Below the pieces are notes generated by a model. It saw only the letters and a list, made by a program, of their open reading frames with translations, was not told the DNA's origin and did not search any database. The position numbers and the translations under genes were made by a program. Shown here piece after piece: positions 1 through 12,240 of a stretch of DNA of 64,000 nucleotides. The stretch is from Octopus sinensis (taxonomy: Eukaryota), in the NCBI RefSeq assembly GCF_006345805.1, contig NC_043006.1, positions 6,448,001-6,512,000 on the forward strand, written 5' to 3'. Every line of letters starts with the position of its first letter. Position 1 is the stretch's first letter.

Positions 1-672
1 ACTCTTGAACTCTGTATGAATAAATAACCCTTTTCCAGCTAACCACCGCGGGTTGTTGATCATTGCTTCCCCTCCCCTCCTTCCTTAACTAGTTTTCTAA
101 ACTGGACTCTGTAAAGGTGGAGCAAAGGGTGCCGCCTTCACTTTCTAGCGACTCGTTACTCGTTTATGCAGTCTATCTAAGTGGACCGTACACACCACAC
201 ATTTGTGGTCAGTATAGCCGACGTCTTTGAATTGGTGACAACCAATGCTAGCCTTGCTGGGTATTCTTTGGAATTCTCTCTTGGATGATCCGATGCTGGT
301 TGTCCATATGCTCCTCGCTGTCGCATTCGGGAAATCTAGTCGGTATCTCTCAGCCAGTGAGAAATGACTGACGCTTCAGAGACGTTTGCAAATCATTCTC
401 ATTTCAATTAGCTCCTCACAATCAACAGGTGCATCCAAGGTGTCGTTGCAGTCGCCCACCAATACTAAACAGGGATGTTTAAAAGAAACTTATTAAGCGC
501 GCGAAGAAATCCGTCTGTCCTAATCTAATCAAGGCAAACACGGCGACTAGTTTAAAGTCACCAGCCTCTCTACTGTTCACGTCCCAGATCAACAACTATT
601 GAGTAAGTGCTCCTGCTTCCAGCTTAAGTCCAGTCCACATGCATTTATGCAATCTACTCTTAAGCATGTCAT
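1..672 (-). pseudogene. Degenerate L1/Tx1-type ORF2 N-terminus (APE endonuclease); continues off the window's left edge
   Basis: Manual minus-strand translation: start MTCLRVDCINACGL (resembles the APE start LxxxxxNxxGL), LVLVGDCN (GDFN motif), ERYRLDFPN..SIWT, and DHKCV (SDH-like motif). Contains stops and frameshifts. Confidence 0.7.
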
Positions 673-1113
673 GTTGGTTGAAAAGAAGGAAAGAGGAAAC
701 GAATTGAAATGAAGTTGCATTCTGTTCTTATTTTCGGTGGAGTTAACTATTTTGCAAGTGTTGATATCATTCTCCTTGTTTTGGGAATTCTGTGTTTTCC
801 TGCTTGTTTTCCTCTTCTATATCCCTTGTTGCTTCGTTTCTGTATCTTTATTCTGTTGCTATTTGTGCAGGTCGAAGTAGTGACGCTATATATGTTGCAG
901 ATTCAATGTTGTTTGTAGTCGATGTAGAATTGGTGTTGTTTTGTGTTATGCTGACTTTTTTTAAAAAAGATTTTTCTCTTTTTGTTTGCATTTTCTGTTC
1001 CCCTACCCAACCACCCGATGTACGGTCGTAAAACTCCGCCTTGGACGCGGTAGATGCATGTTTTTTGTTTGTTTGTGTATGCCTCTACTTTTTGCATGTA
1101 GCGGTGAGAGAAG

Positions 1114-1900
1114 GTGAAAGCGAATAGTTTTGGGATATACCCTGGTGCGATTAGTTTCTTTCTTATTTATTTTTTGTCATTATTTTCCATCGACCCTCCA
1201 CTGCTGCTAACGGAGTTAATGTTGATGTTGGCGCTACTGGTTCTGTTGTTTCCACAGTTTCTATTGCTGTTGCAGGTGTTGTTGCTTTGTTATTGTTGGT
1301 GTTCATCCAGTGTTATTTTTGCTTACATTTTTATCATTCTTACAACTTCTGATACTACTTTTGTTGTTGCGCACTCGCTGATCTACACTTGTGGTTGTAG
1401 CAGTGCAGATGTTGGCAGAGTCCGCAGAACACCTGTAGATGGTGAGCTGATACACAGACGTGTCATCTCAGGCATCTGTTCTTCACAATTAATCGCATTT
1501 GACCCATTCGGCAGGTAGATAACGTCTGAAAACTTTTCAAGCAGTTAGAAAACCGCAAATGTGGAGACAAACTAGTACGGTTTGTCTTGTTCTCTTCATG
1601 TCAAAGAGGTATCATTCACTTCCAACATCATACATGCTAGAGTCTAGCAGAGATCTAGCAATGGTGAGCCCCTGGTATTATGATGTTTATCGCTATTCTT
1701 CCTAAATAAGAAAGAGAACGAAGTCTTCGCTACAGCGGGTGGCCACAAATTTCTCTAATGTGAGAGAATGTGTCTTAAATAAGACCTCTACCGCGCCGAA
1801 TTGCCTTGTCCTAGATATATGATGTAAGCTCTGCCATATGTCATGAAAAACACTCTATTTGAACATTCATGGTCGTCTCAAGTCAATGAGCACATACACT
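1114..1900 (-). pseudogene. Probable degenerate ORF1 of the same L1/Tx1-like LINE
   Basis: Lies upstream of ORF2 on the same strand. Broken frames give SRTRQFGAVEVLFKT and YLGRIAINIIIPG, loosely like the RRM-type ORF1 at 19891. A low-complexity segment follows. Confidence 0.35.
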
Positions 1901-4900
1901 AATGCATCAATGCATATCTGTTTATCTGGCAATACATAAAGTGATTCAACTGGAAGTGCAAGCCCTACCTGTCTGCTGACTATTTCCAGATCAATCATCC
2001 TCTTTTAATTTTGACCACTTATCGTTCCAGTGGGAGACACACTTCAGTTCTTTCAAATGGAAGTTAAATTCCTGTAGGTTCCTTGTGTTAAATTTGGAAA
2101 AGAATGTAACTGATCCTCCACTCAAAATTTGTATAATTTGTGTCATTTGGAGAAATGCTTTTGTGTCCGTTTGAGAGGGTTTGCATGTGACTGTGTGCGT
2201 GGGCACAGCTGTGCATTTGTGAGGTTGCAAGTGAATACGTGTGCGCACGTGCTGCTGTGTATGCGCGTGTTTGAGCGTTGTTTAAGTTATTAATTTTCTG
2301 AATTTTCTGTTATTATTCTGCTTATATATCAGTGGTTTTATTTAAAAGAACCTTGCTTTAATAATTTATATATGATACATGCGTTATATCATGACATGCT
2401 AATTTCATGACGGTCTTACTTCTTCCAAAGTCTATTATTCTGTATTATCTATATCGCATAATTTTATAACCAAATGCCCAAATATTACGTTACAGTCCTA
2501 TGTATGACACACTGTCTTTAATTAAGAATTCTTGATCACTGGTTCCTAGCGATAGAAAATGTCTTCTTTTACAGCTCCATTCTGGATTACCCAATGTCAT
2601 TCACGACGAACCATTTCAGCCCAGCATTTCCAACTTTTAATTTCTTTTATAATCCTGCTATTGAAGTGTCACTGTCATCTATACATGTATTTTTATTTCA
2701 AGTAAAGTATTATCGATAAAGCTTTTAATGATATGGTATTAAATGGAGATTTTTCATCGAATGTCACTTAAAAACCAGCGACGTGTCACTGTTGACACGT
2801 GTGTCATAGGTTCGCCGTGTGTATCCGATTTGAATATTTTTCAAAACATGGATGACTTTTCTGTTTTAATTCCTTTACAAATTAATTCAAGGAAGGCGAA
2901 ATTACTAAGTTCCTTTTAATTTTCCTCGTGTATTAATCAAGAAAGAAAGTAAAGTAAGACGTTTTGTAAAGCTATTTTGTGTTAAGCTGACATTCAAAGC
3001 AAAGATTCCATTGAATAACATCCGAAAATAGGCAAGAGTCCTGCATTTTGCACACAAAAACACATTATTGGAAAAAAAAAAAATGCTAACAGTTGTTGAA
3101 AAGAATCGAGGATATTTTCTACAACAAATACAACAATGAACCCTCGTAAATGTTTTCTTTGTCAAAAAAAAAAAAAAAAAAAGAAAGAAGAAAAACAGCC
3201 CGTATTCTTTCAGTTTCAAATTGACTTGCAATGACAGCCACATCTCACATTTTGAATACGAATAAAGTGGTAGATTAATCATCTACTGGTGAAAATTTTG
3301 TAGCAAAAACAAATAGATATATATCAGACTTTTATTAAGCTTGAAAGCAGCGCAGAAAATTGGCCGGATAGCTAGCGTGTTGGATAAGATATTGAGGGAC
3401 ATTACTTTCAGCTGATTACATCCTGAGTTCAAATTTGACCATGGCTGCTTGTTAACTTTTTTTTCTTCTTTCGTTATCGACTTAACCCCGTCCCTAAACT
3501 TGCTAGCCATGCTCTACAATCATTATACAATATTTAGAATTACCTACTTATGTTCCCACAATCTGCTCCACTTCCCTCATACACTTGAAGGAAAAAATAG
3601 GGTAGCTCCAGCTGGGATATTTCGATTGGAATTTGTAAGAATGGATGCAAAAAACAGAACTTGTTCTTCAAAATTTACGATGATGCAAAAGATATATATG
3701 GCACACCTAAATATTCACGAGTGTCTCAATACCTTATTCGGCATAATGCAAGATCACAGTTAAAAATTCTGGAAATGGCGTTCACCCATTTTCCGTTATG
3801 TCTGTGTGCGGCAGTGTGACCAGAAATTACTTGTTGAGTGGAGTCTATATGAACATAAAAAATTTAATTTGAACACGTTACTGGTTACTTTGAAACAACA
3901 CAGAACTGTACGTGTTCATTGTGTAGTCGAGGGTGGTGAAAGGAAGTTCATAAAACTGGATTCAGGTAGGAGGCCCAGTTGTTTTACTTGAGGAAACAAA
4001 AAGCCACTTGAAGGATCTCTATCCAAAGGAACAAAAAGCAGAGAGGAAAATAAACAGGAAAACAGTGAACACAACACACTACCAAAGACAGCTGTTCCTA
4101 AATGGTGTTATTCTGGCTACAGTGGAACTAGTGTTTGCTAACATGGTCCAGAACCAATGTTTTTCTCAGTCTTAGAAACCAATAATCGAGCGCCAGATAT
4201 CCTTTAAGTAGTGCTGCCTCATGGTCTGAGACGTTTGACATGGGGATATGAAATAACCGCTGGAGAAATATAGAAGAGAAACTTTACCGAATGTCCAATG
4301 TAAGAGTTAGGCAATTAGAGAATATATGTTGCTATTCATATAAACCAAGACGTGGTTTAAAAGTTTAACAACGGAGAATTACCGAATAATCCATGCTTAT
4401 CCGGTATTTTCTTAATCCAGTTAATTTATATGGCTTTACTTTGGGGCCATTTACTCTGCTGCTTTTGATTCCTTCAGTGCATTTAAAATACTTTCTTTAC
4501 CTAAACATATCAACCCTTGTATTTCCTCATCTTATTTAATCAAATCGAGTTATATTCCTTCGAACTTTCACTTACGTTTCTCCACATTTATGTTGGGTGA
4601 GCGACCTTACAATTTATAAACATTTTAGAATTTTTATCTCCAGAGCAGAACATCTTTTTCATCTAAGAATAATAAAAATATTTTCTTTTGTCTTATCATC
4701 TCTTCGCATATTCAGTACACATTCACATATTTCTTTCTTTCCAGACATAAATGGTTCTCAGGTTAATGGGGCTAGATTATTCTGTGAATTCGAACTGTAT
4801 ATTCATCTTCATTCTCTCAAATATTTCGTCCTCCATACCTTATTAGGTATATTGGTGTATTAGGTATACCTTATTAGGTATATTGGCCTCCCTTATATTT

Positions 4901-4962
4901 TTTGTTTGGCCTTTTTCACACTCAATTTAGATACAATAATTCATATTTTCATACGAAAATAT

Positions 4963-5388
4963 TACTCTTTACTCTTTTACTTGTTTCAGTCATTTGACTG
5001 CGCCCATGCTGGAGCACCGCCTTTAGTCGAGCATATCTACCCCAAGACTTATTCTTTGGAAGCCCAGTACTTATTCTATCGGTCTCTTTTTGCCGAACCG
5101 CTAAGTGACGGGGACGTAAACACACCAGCATCGGTTGTCAAGCAATGCTAGGGGGACAAACACAGATACACAAACACACACACATACATACATACATATA
5201 CATATATATACATATACATATATACGACAGGCTTCTTTCAGTTTCCGTCTACCAAATCCACTCACAAGGCATTGGTCGGCCCGGGGCTATAGCAGAAGAC
5301 ACTTGCCCAAGATGCCACGCAGTGGGACTGAACCCGGAACCATGTGGCTGGTTAGCAAGCTACTTACCACACAGCAACTCCTGCACCT
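4963..5388 (-). mobile_element. SINE family A (tRNA-like head, CORE-like segment, internal microsatellite, 3' unit with (GAGTAAAA)n tail)
   Basis: Near-identical to six other copies. Consensus head has A-box TGGCTGTGTGG and B-box GGTTCAGTCCC, followed by the MIR/CORE-like GCACCTTGGGCAAGTGTCTT. Confidence 0.9.
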
Positions 5389-5963
5389 ATTATTAATTTT
5401 TTATTATTAATTTTTAATTAATTAATTAATTTTTTGGCTCAAAAAGCAAAAACTAATTGAATACTTAATTTGTTTCTATATTGTTGCTTTTATCAGTTTC
5501 CAGTACTCAAAGATAGTTATGTGCTCTTTCGAGACTAAGGATTTTATGGTCTCTGTATTTCAGATGCTCTCCGTGTGTGTTATGAGTTTTACACGTAGCA
5601 ACTGCATTTTAGTATTTTCTCCACAGGAATAATATTGATTCCCGTAATTCCATAAAGTTTTTAAGTGTACAATAAAGAGATTATTAAATGTTCCCAGGTG
5701 TTTTGCAAATGAATATTCGCTCTTAGTGTTTTTAGTAATTAACATAGTCATTACAAACAATATGGATGAAGTGTTGTCTCTTGAAATATTCCTCTGCTGC
5801 TCTGTAAATTGGTTAATTCACCCCACTCACACACACAGAAATGTTAAACCCAATCTCTAATTGCATATTCTAACGAGTATATAGCATTTTTCAAAATATG
5901 GAACAGTTACATGCACCGCTTTTAGTACGAGTATGAGACTAGAACACATATTCCTGTAACCTA

Positions 5964-6203
5964 CACAGAGAGTGACAAGGACGGCCCCTTGAAATACAGG
6001 TACGACAGAAACAGGAAGTAAGAGTGAGAGAAAGTTGCGGTGAAAGAGTACAGCAGGGATCACCACCATCCCCTGCCAGAGCCTCGTGGATCTTTTTAGG
6101 TGTTTTCGCTCAATAAACACTCACAACGCCTTGTCTGGGAATCGAAACCGCGATCCTATGACCGCGAGTCCGCTGCCCTAACCACTGGGCCATTGCGCCT
6201 CCA
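5964..6203 (-). mobile_element. SINE family B, 3'-truncated copy with TSD
   Basis: Intact tRNA-like head and core. CTGTAACCTA duplicated at 5954-5963 and 6204-6213. Confidence 0.9.
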
Positions 6204-6506
6204 CTGTAACCTATATATAAAATGCATAAACATGACATTCTCTCATTGCATTCTCACAATAACGTTTCATCAATTTTGAACAGAATTTTCGTTCCCTTAA
6301 TTTATTTCTCGTATAAACATTCTGTTATTTATGTATTTCCCGAAAAGAATAAACACTTTTAGCAATTAACCATGGGCAACATTTGGTCCAGTAGCTCTCG
6401 ATTTTCCTACAAACCTCTGAAGATTTTGAGTAACCCTCATTAGAGTCGGGATATATGTATTCGCAGCGCGATAGTTGTCTCTCCATTGTGAGTGTATTAT
6501 ACCAGA

Positions 6507-6891
6507 GTGGAGGCGCAATGGCCCAGTGGTTAGGACAGCGGACTCGCGGTCATAGGATCGCGGTTTCGATTCCCAGACCGGGCGTTGTGAGTGTTTATTG
6601 AGCGAAAACACTTAAAGCTCCACGAGGCTCCGGCAGGGGGTGGTGGTGATCCCTGCTGTACTCTTTCACCACAACTTTCTCTCACTATTACTTCCTGTTT
6701 CTGTTGTACGTGTATTTCAAAGGGCCGGCCTTGTCACTCTCTGTGTCACGCTGAATATCCCCCGAGAACTACGTTAAGGGTGCACGTGTCTGTGGACTGC
6801 TCAGCCACTTACACGTTAATTTCACGAGCAGGCTGTTCCATTGATTCGGATCAACCGGAACCCTCGTCGTCGTAACCGACGGAGTGCTTCC
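6507..6891 (+). mobile_element. SINE family B, full length (tRNA-Arg-like head)
   Basis: Head GGCGCAATGGCCCAGTGGTTAGG...GGTTTCGATTCCC. 11-bp TSD ATTATACCAGA at 6496-6506 and 6892-6902. Confidence 0.92.
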
Positions 6892-7514
6892 ATTATACCA
6901 GAAAGAATATAAAGTCGCGTATAAGCATTAAAATGAAATCACAGTTAAGAAACTGGGAAGACACATTAAGCTACTAAATATTGACTAACAGATAATGAAA
7001 TAATTAACATTCTGCAGACTTAGCCGTGTGTAGTTTATTATTGCCGAGGTTTCCAAATGAGTACGTGTATGTTGTCCGAAATTTTGAATGGAGCAAAACT
7101 TAATGTTCAAAGTATTTGACTTGTTTGCACATTCACTAAACCGTAAATCCTATCGCATTAACTCGATATGTCATTGAACCCCCCAGCCAGATATAGCAGT
7201 CATGCTTGCATCAATGCAAATGTTATTGCCGTAAAACCGAAGGTTATACTGGTCATATACAAAAGTATGTACAGTTTGGATGTTAAGTCAGTTTATATAA
7301 ATCGGGGTATGATCGTTGTGTTAACTGCGGAAACAAAATACATGAAACTCTCAAGTTCCTTTAATTTATTACCTCTGAATTAAAATGGAACGCTAGTCAA
7401 CCGGGTTCACCAAAAACATCCTCGTGACAATTCATAGAATAAAAGAAAATAGTAACAGAATCCTCGCAATGGTGGAATAATGACGACCAATATTAGGTTC
7501 AAATTTTTTGGCAC

Positions 7515-7710
7515 GTGGTCAGAAATTTCGGGATTGTGGGTAAATCGATTACATCGATCTCGGGGCTCAGGTGTTACGTATTTCATCGATCCCAAAAGGG
7601 AGAAAAAGAAGACGCCCTCGGCAGAATTTGAATTCAGAAAGGAAAGGCGGACGAAATACCGCTACGCATTTTCCTCAGCGGGGTAAAGTTTCTCCCAACT
7701 CGACGCCTTT
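7515..7710 (-). mobile_element. Degenerate SINE family C copy
   Basis: Reverse complement resembles 28328-28555, including GAATTCAAATTCTGCCGAGG and GATCGATGTAATCGATT. Confidence 0.6.
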
Positions 7711-7799
7711 CTCATGACCAATTTTACGATCAAAATCAACTGAAGAAGCAAAATACATATTACTGGATTAGACGTTTATTTATTTATTTATTTATTTAT

Positions 7800-8217
7800 T
7801 TACTCTTACTCTTTACTCTTTTACTTGTTTCAGTCATTTGACTGCGGCCATGCTGGAGCACCGCCTTTAGTCGAGCAAATCGACCCCGAAACTTATTCTT
7901 TGTAAGCCCAGGACTTATTCTATCGGTCTCTTTTGCCGAACCGCTAAGTGACGGGGACGTAAACACACCAGCATCGGTTGTCAAGCAATGCTAGGGGGAC
8001 AAACACAGACACACAAACATATATACACACTAACTTACATATATATATATACATATATACGACAGGCTTCTTTCAGTTTCCGTCTACCAAATCCACTCAC
8101 AAGGCATTGGTCGGCCCGGGGCTATAGCAGAAGACACTTGCCCAAGATGCCACGCAGTGGGACTGAACCCGGAACCATGTGGTTGTTAAACAAGCTACTT
8201 ACCATACAGCCACTCCA
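7800..8217 (-). mobile_element. SINE family A
   Basis: Matches the other family A copies over its full length. Confidence 0.9.
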
Positions 8218-8524
8218 TTTATTTTTGAGTCATTCATAGAATTTTCGGAAATATCTTTAGTAGTTTTCTAAACGTTTCAGATTTCGGTTGGGAATTTATG
8301 GGGACGGTGGCAATAAATTAAAGAAACTTGAGAGTTCCATGAATTTGGTTTCTGCAGTTAACACAACGAACACTTTCGTACTCACCACGACTAATGTTAA
8401 CTACAGATTTACTTTCATCTCTTCGTTTAAAGTATATGTTAGTAAGTAGCCACAAAGTAAAGATGGCGTGTTAGCGTTAATAATCTATGAGAAAATTACA
8501 AATACAAAAATAAAATGAAAGTAT

Positions 8525-8686
8525 ACGGGAGTGGCTGTGTGGTAAGTAGCTTGTTTACCAACCACATGGTTCCGGGTTCAGTCCCACTGCGTGGCATCTC
8601 GGGCAAGTGTCTTTTGCTATAGCCCCGGGCCGACCAATGCCTTGTGAGTGGATTTGATAGACGGAAACTGAAAAAAGCCTGTCGTA

Positions 8687-8778
<92 letters not shown>

Positions 8779-8999
8779 TGTGTGTTTGTGTGTCTGTGTT
8801 TGCCCCCCCTAGCATTGCTTGACAACCGATGCTGGTGTGTTTACGTCCCCGTCACTTAGCGGTTCGGCAAAAGAGACCGATAGAATAAGTACTGGGCTTA
8901 CAAAAGAATAAGTCCCGGGGTAGATTTGCTCGACTAAAAGGCGGTGCTCCAGCATGGTCGCAGTCGAATGACTGAAACAAGTAAAAGAGTAAAAGAGTA
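8525..8999 (+). mobile_element. SINE family A with expanded internal (TA)n
   Basis: Family A head and tail. The internal (TA)n at about 8685-8775 is much longer than in sister copies. Confidence 0.9.
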
Positions 9000-9299
9000 A
9001 TAGTTTATTTATGCACATAACGACGTATGTGAACATTTAAAATAGAGAGATAATTAAATGCTGCGTGAGAATACTAACGCTAAGATTGACAGGATTACAG
9101 GAGAAACATCACATATGCCAATATTTGTACAGATAGCAAAGCATTATTTTTAATACTTAGCGATATGATTTACTTAATGTACGCACAAATTATATTAATA
9201 TAGAAATAATTACATATTCATGTATATATATATAACATATAAACATTCCCCAAAACCTTCCAGGTAAGTGTGGAATGATAAAAGAACACTTAATCACAT

Positions 9300-9398
9300 A
9301 TATAACATATATACATACATACGTACGTAAGTACATACATACATACCTACATGCATGGGTACAAACATACATACATACTTACATATGCACATACGTAC

Positions 9399-9463
<65 letters not shown>

Positions 9464-9741
9464 CATACATACATACATACATGCATGCATACATACATAC
9501 ATACATGCATACATACATACATACATACATACATACATGCATGCATACATACATACATACATACATACATGCATACATACATACATACATACATACATAC
9601 ATACATACATACATGCATGCATGCATACATACATACATACATACATGCATGCATACATACATACATACATATACATACATACATACATGCATACATACAT
9701 ACATACATACATACATACATACATACATGCATGCATACATA
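9300..9741. repeat. Compound (CATA)n/(TA)n/(CATG)n microsatellite
   Basis: Directly visible tandem repeats. Source of the spurious YIHT/MYVC ORFs. Confidence 0.97.
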
Positions 9742-10614
9742 CAGGATATTCGGGTTACAGTTCAGATTCTGTATAAATGGAAGAGAAAATACAATATCCT
9801 ATCGAAAATTACAATGATTTTTAAAATGTCAAAGGATATAAAAATATTATGGCCTGGGAGATGGCACTTTACTCTAAGAAGCCACTCTCAGCTTCCCTCA
9901 CAATCTCAAAACTGCTTCGGAATGTAGCGCATGCGTTCGTCACTCTGTCCCTGGAATGATCTTCAAATTCGATTTTGGCAGGCATCTTGGCCTTATTATT
10001 GCAGGCACAGTCGTTGGTGTCTTTCTCAACCGCGGCCCACACAAAGTGATACATGGGATTGCAATCGTGTGAATTAGAAGGCCAAAACTTGGGTCTAGTC
10101 AATTCGTAGAAATTCTCCGGCAACCATTTATGGCACTTACTTATGACTATTTCCGGAGGCTTGGCAAGGGGCCACATCCAGCTGTCACACAAATGGCCTT
10201 CCAACAGCCAGTCTCTAGCAGCTTCACATAACCATCTGAACTGAGCCTACCGAACGGTTCAAATATGTAGGAGTGAATTCCGGCGTGCAAACGTCTGTCA
10301 ATTCATGTTGGCTTTGTATTCTCCATTGCAGCTATCCATGTTACGTCTTACAACCCTTACATTGTTCACAGACTGTTGAGTAACAGTCATGATGTCGTCA
10401 CTTTGAAATCGGGCACGAATCATCGTGATACTGGTAGCTCATTTTTTAAAAGAAAATATTCAGATGGTCTCCTGTCTTCCATGTCAGCTAACACTCTAAA
10501 CCACAACTTCACTGTTTACGATCTCCAGTGCTGTTGACTGTTCACCAAAACATTACTCTGTTCCTAAAAGCAAAGGAGACATTATAAAACATCAAATTTA
10601 ACCGGAATATCTTG
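9742..10614 (-). mobile_element. Internally deleted Tc1/mariner-superfamily DNA transposon
   Basis: Transposase remnant QLDVAPC...KWLPENF...WPSNSHDCNPM...VWAAVEKDTN...FRSSFEIVREAESGFLE (WPxxSPDxNP motif). Imperfect TIRs CAGGATATTCGGGTTA and TAACCGGAATATCTTG. TA on the left flank. Confidence 0.85.
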
Positions 10615-10618
10615 TGTG

Positions 10619-10661
<43 letters not shown>

Positions 10662-10697
10662 TATATAGATAGACAGATAGATGGATATACATACATG

Positions 10698-10741
<44 letters not shown>

Positions 10742-10743
10742 AT

Positions 10744-10779
<36 letters not shown>

Positions 10780-10855
10780 TTGAGGGAATATTATTTGAGG
10801 GTGTAATTTAATTGTTCATTTTGAATTGATAAAAGGTGTTTTTTTCTAATATATA

Positions 10856-11194
<339 letters not shown>

Positions 11195-11615
11195 TTTGAG
11201 ATTCAAGGATGTAATTTGAGTGAAGCTGACTGTATCGGAGGATAAATGCATCTTAGATGACAGGAAGAGATATGAATTTTTAAGGAAATATCACGTTTAT
11301 GTTATAGATTTTACACCAGAGAAGGTAAGGTACAAATACCTGTCCCCGATGGTCAATTATGAGGACTTAGACCCGTACATGATAGACTAAATTCCATATT
11401 GAAATCTTTAAATGAACTGTAAAGAACAGTAAATGTGATTGCTTGAGGGTGGGGCTCAAGCGAGGACGTTCATCCTCATTTTTGCACGTTTCATATTTTC
11501 ATTCATCGTTTTATGTTTTATGTCCCCACTTGTACTCTCTTGTCTGTCCTTGTACACTCTTCTCTGTGTTTTGGGGCCTCGTGCTTTAAAAAAAATTAAG
11601 CCACACACATAGACA

Positions 11616-11699
<84 letters not shown>

Positions 11700-11838
11700 C
11701 ATATGTGTGCTTATATGTACGTGCGTGCGTGTGTGTGTGTCAGTGTGTGATAATGATATACGCACGCACACATATACATATGTGTATGCATTGTTATATA
11801 GACGTGCGTACTTATATAACTATACCCGTACACATTCA

Positions 11839-11874
<36 letters not shown>

Positions 11875-11962
11875 ATAAATACTTCATTTCACGTTTTTAC
11901 TGTCCCCTCAGCCTGAAAGAGTTATTCTTTGGCGGAATAGACTTACGTTTGGGGATAATGTT

Positions 11963-12064
11963 GGCCTGCTCGCCCAGCCAGCTGGAAGGCGTCACTCCAA
12001 AGCTAAAATCAATGATTAACGCGTTGTAACCAGCGATATGTAGCAATGTCGGGTGGTCTGGTCG
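11963..12064 (+). mobile_element. Degenerate RTE-type 3' tail fragment (same module as the SINE B' tail)
   Basis: Similar to the reverse complement of 47995-48120 (GGCCTGCTCGC..AGCCAGC..TGT(A/G)ACCAGCGAT..GGTCTGGTCG). Confidence 0.6.
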
Positions 12065-12107
12065 ATATTGTGTTGCCGTGACATAAAACGTGTGTGCATA
12101 TGTGAGT

Positions 12108-12240
12108 GCAATTCACCCGATTGCAATCCCATGTATCACTTTGTGTGGGGCGCGGTTGAGAAAGACACCAACGACTGTGCCTGAAATAATAAGGCCAAGA
12201 TGTTTGCCAAAATCGCACTTGAAGACCATCCCCGGGACAC
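12108..12240 (+). mobile_element. Mariner transposase fragment, inverted relative to 9945-10075
   Basis: Translates NSPDCNPMYHFVWGAVEKDTNDCA*NNKAKMFAKIALEDHPRD. Confidence 0.8.

Noticed and set aside
2400-2510. Minus-strand 'VIHR...RIIDFG' resembling kinase subdomains VIb-VII
   Set aside because: Needs frameshifts and crosses stops, and no other kinase motifs are nearby; probably chance.
6507-6580. tRNA-like sequences at SINE heads (all families)
   Set aside because: They lack complete cloverleaf acceptor stems and run into SINE bodies with TSDs; not tRNA genes.
8496-9927. Long ORFs rich in YI/HT/MYVC (also near 19000, 22200-22900, 39000 and 41600)
   Set aside because: Translations of (TA)n, (CATA)n and (CA)n microsatellites, which lack stops in some frames; no coding signal.
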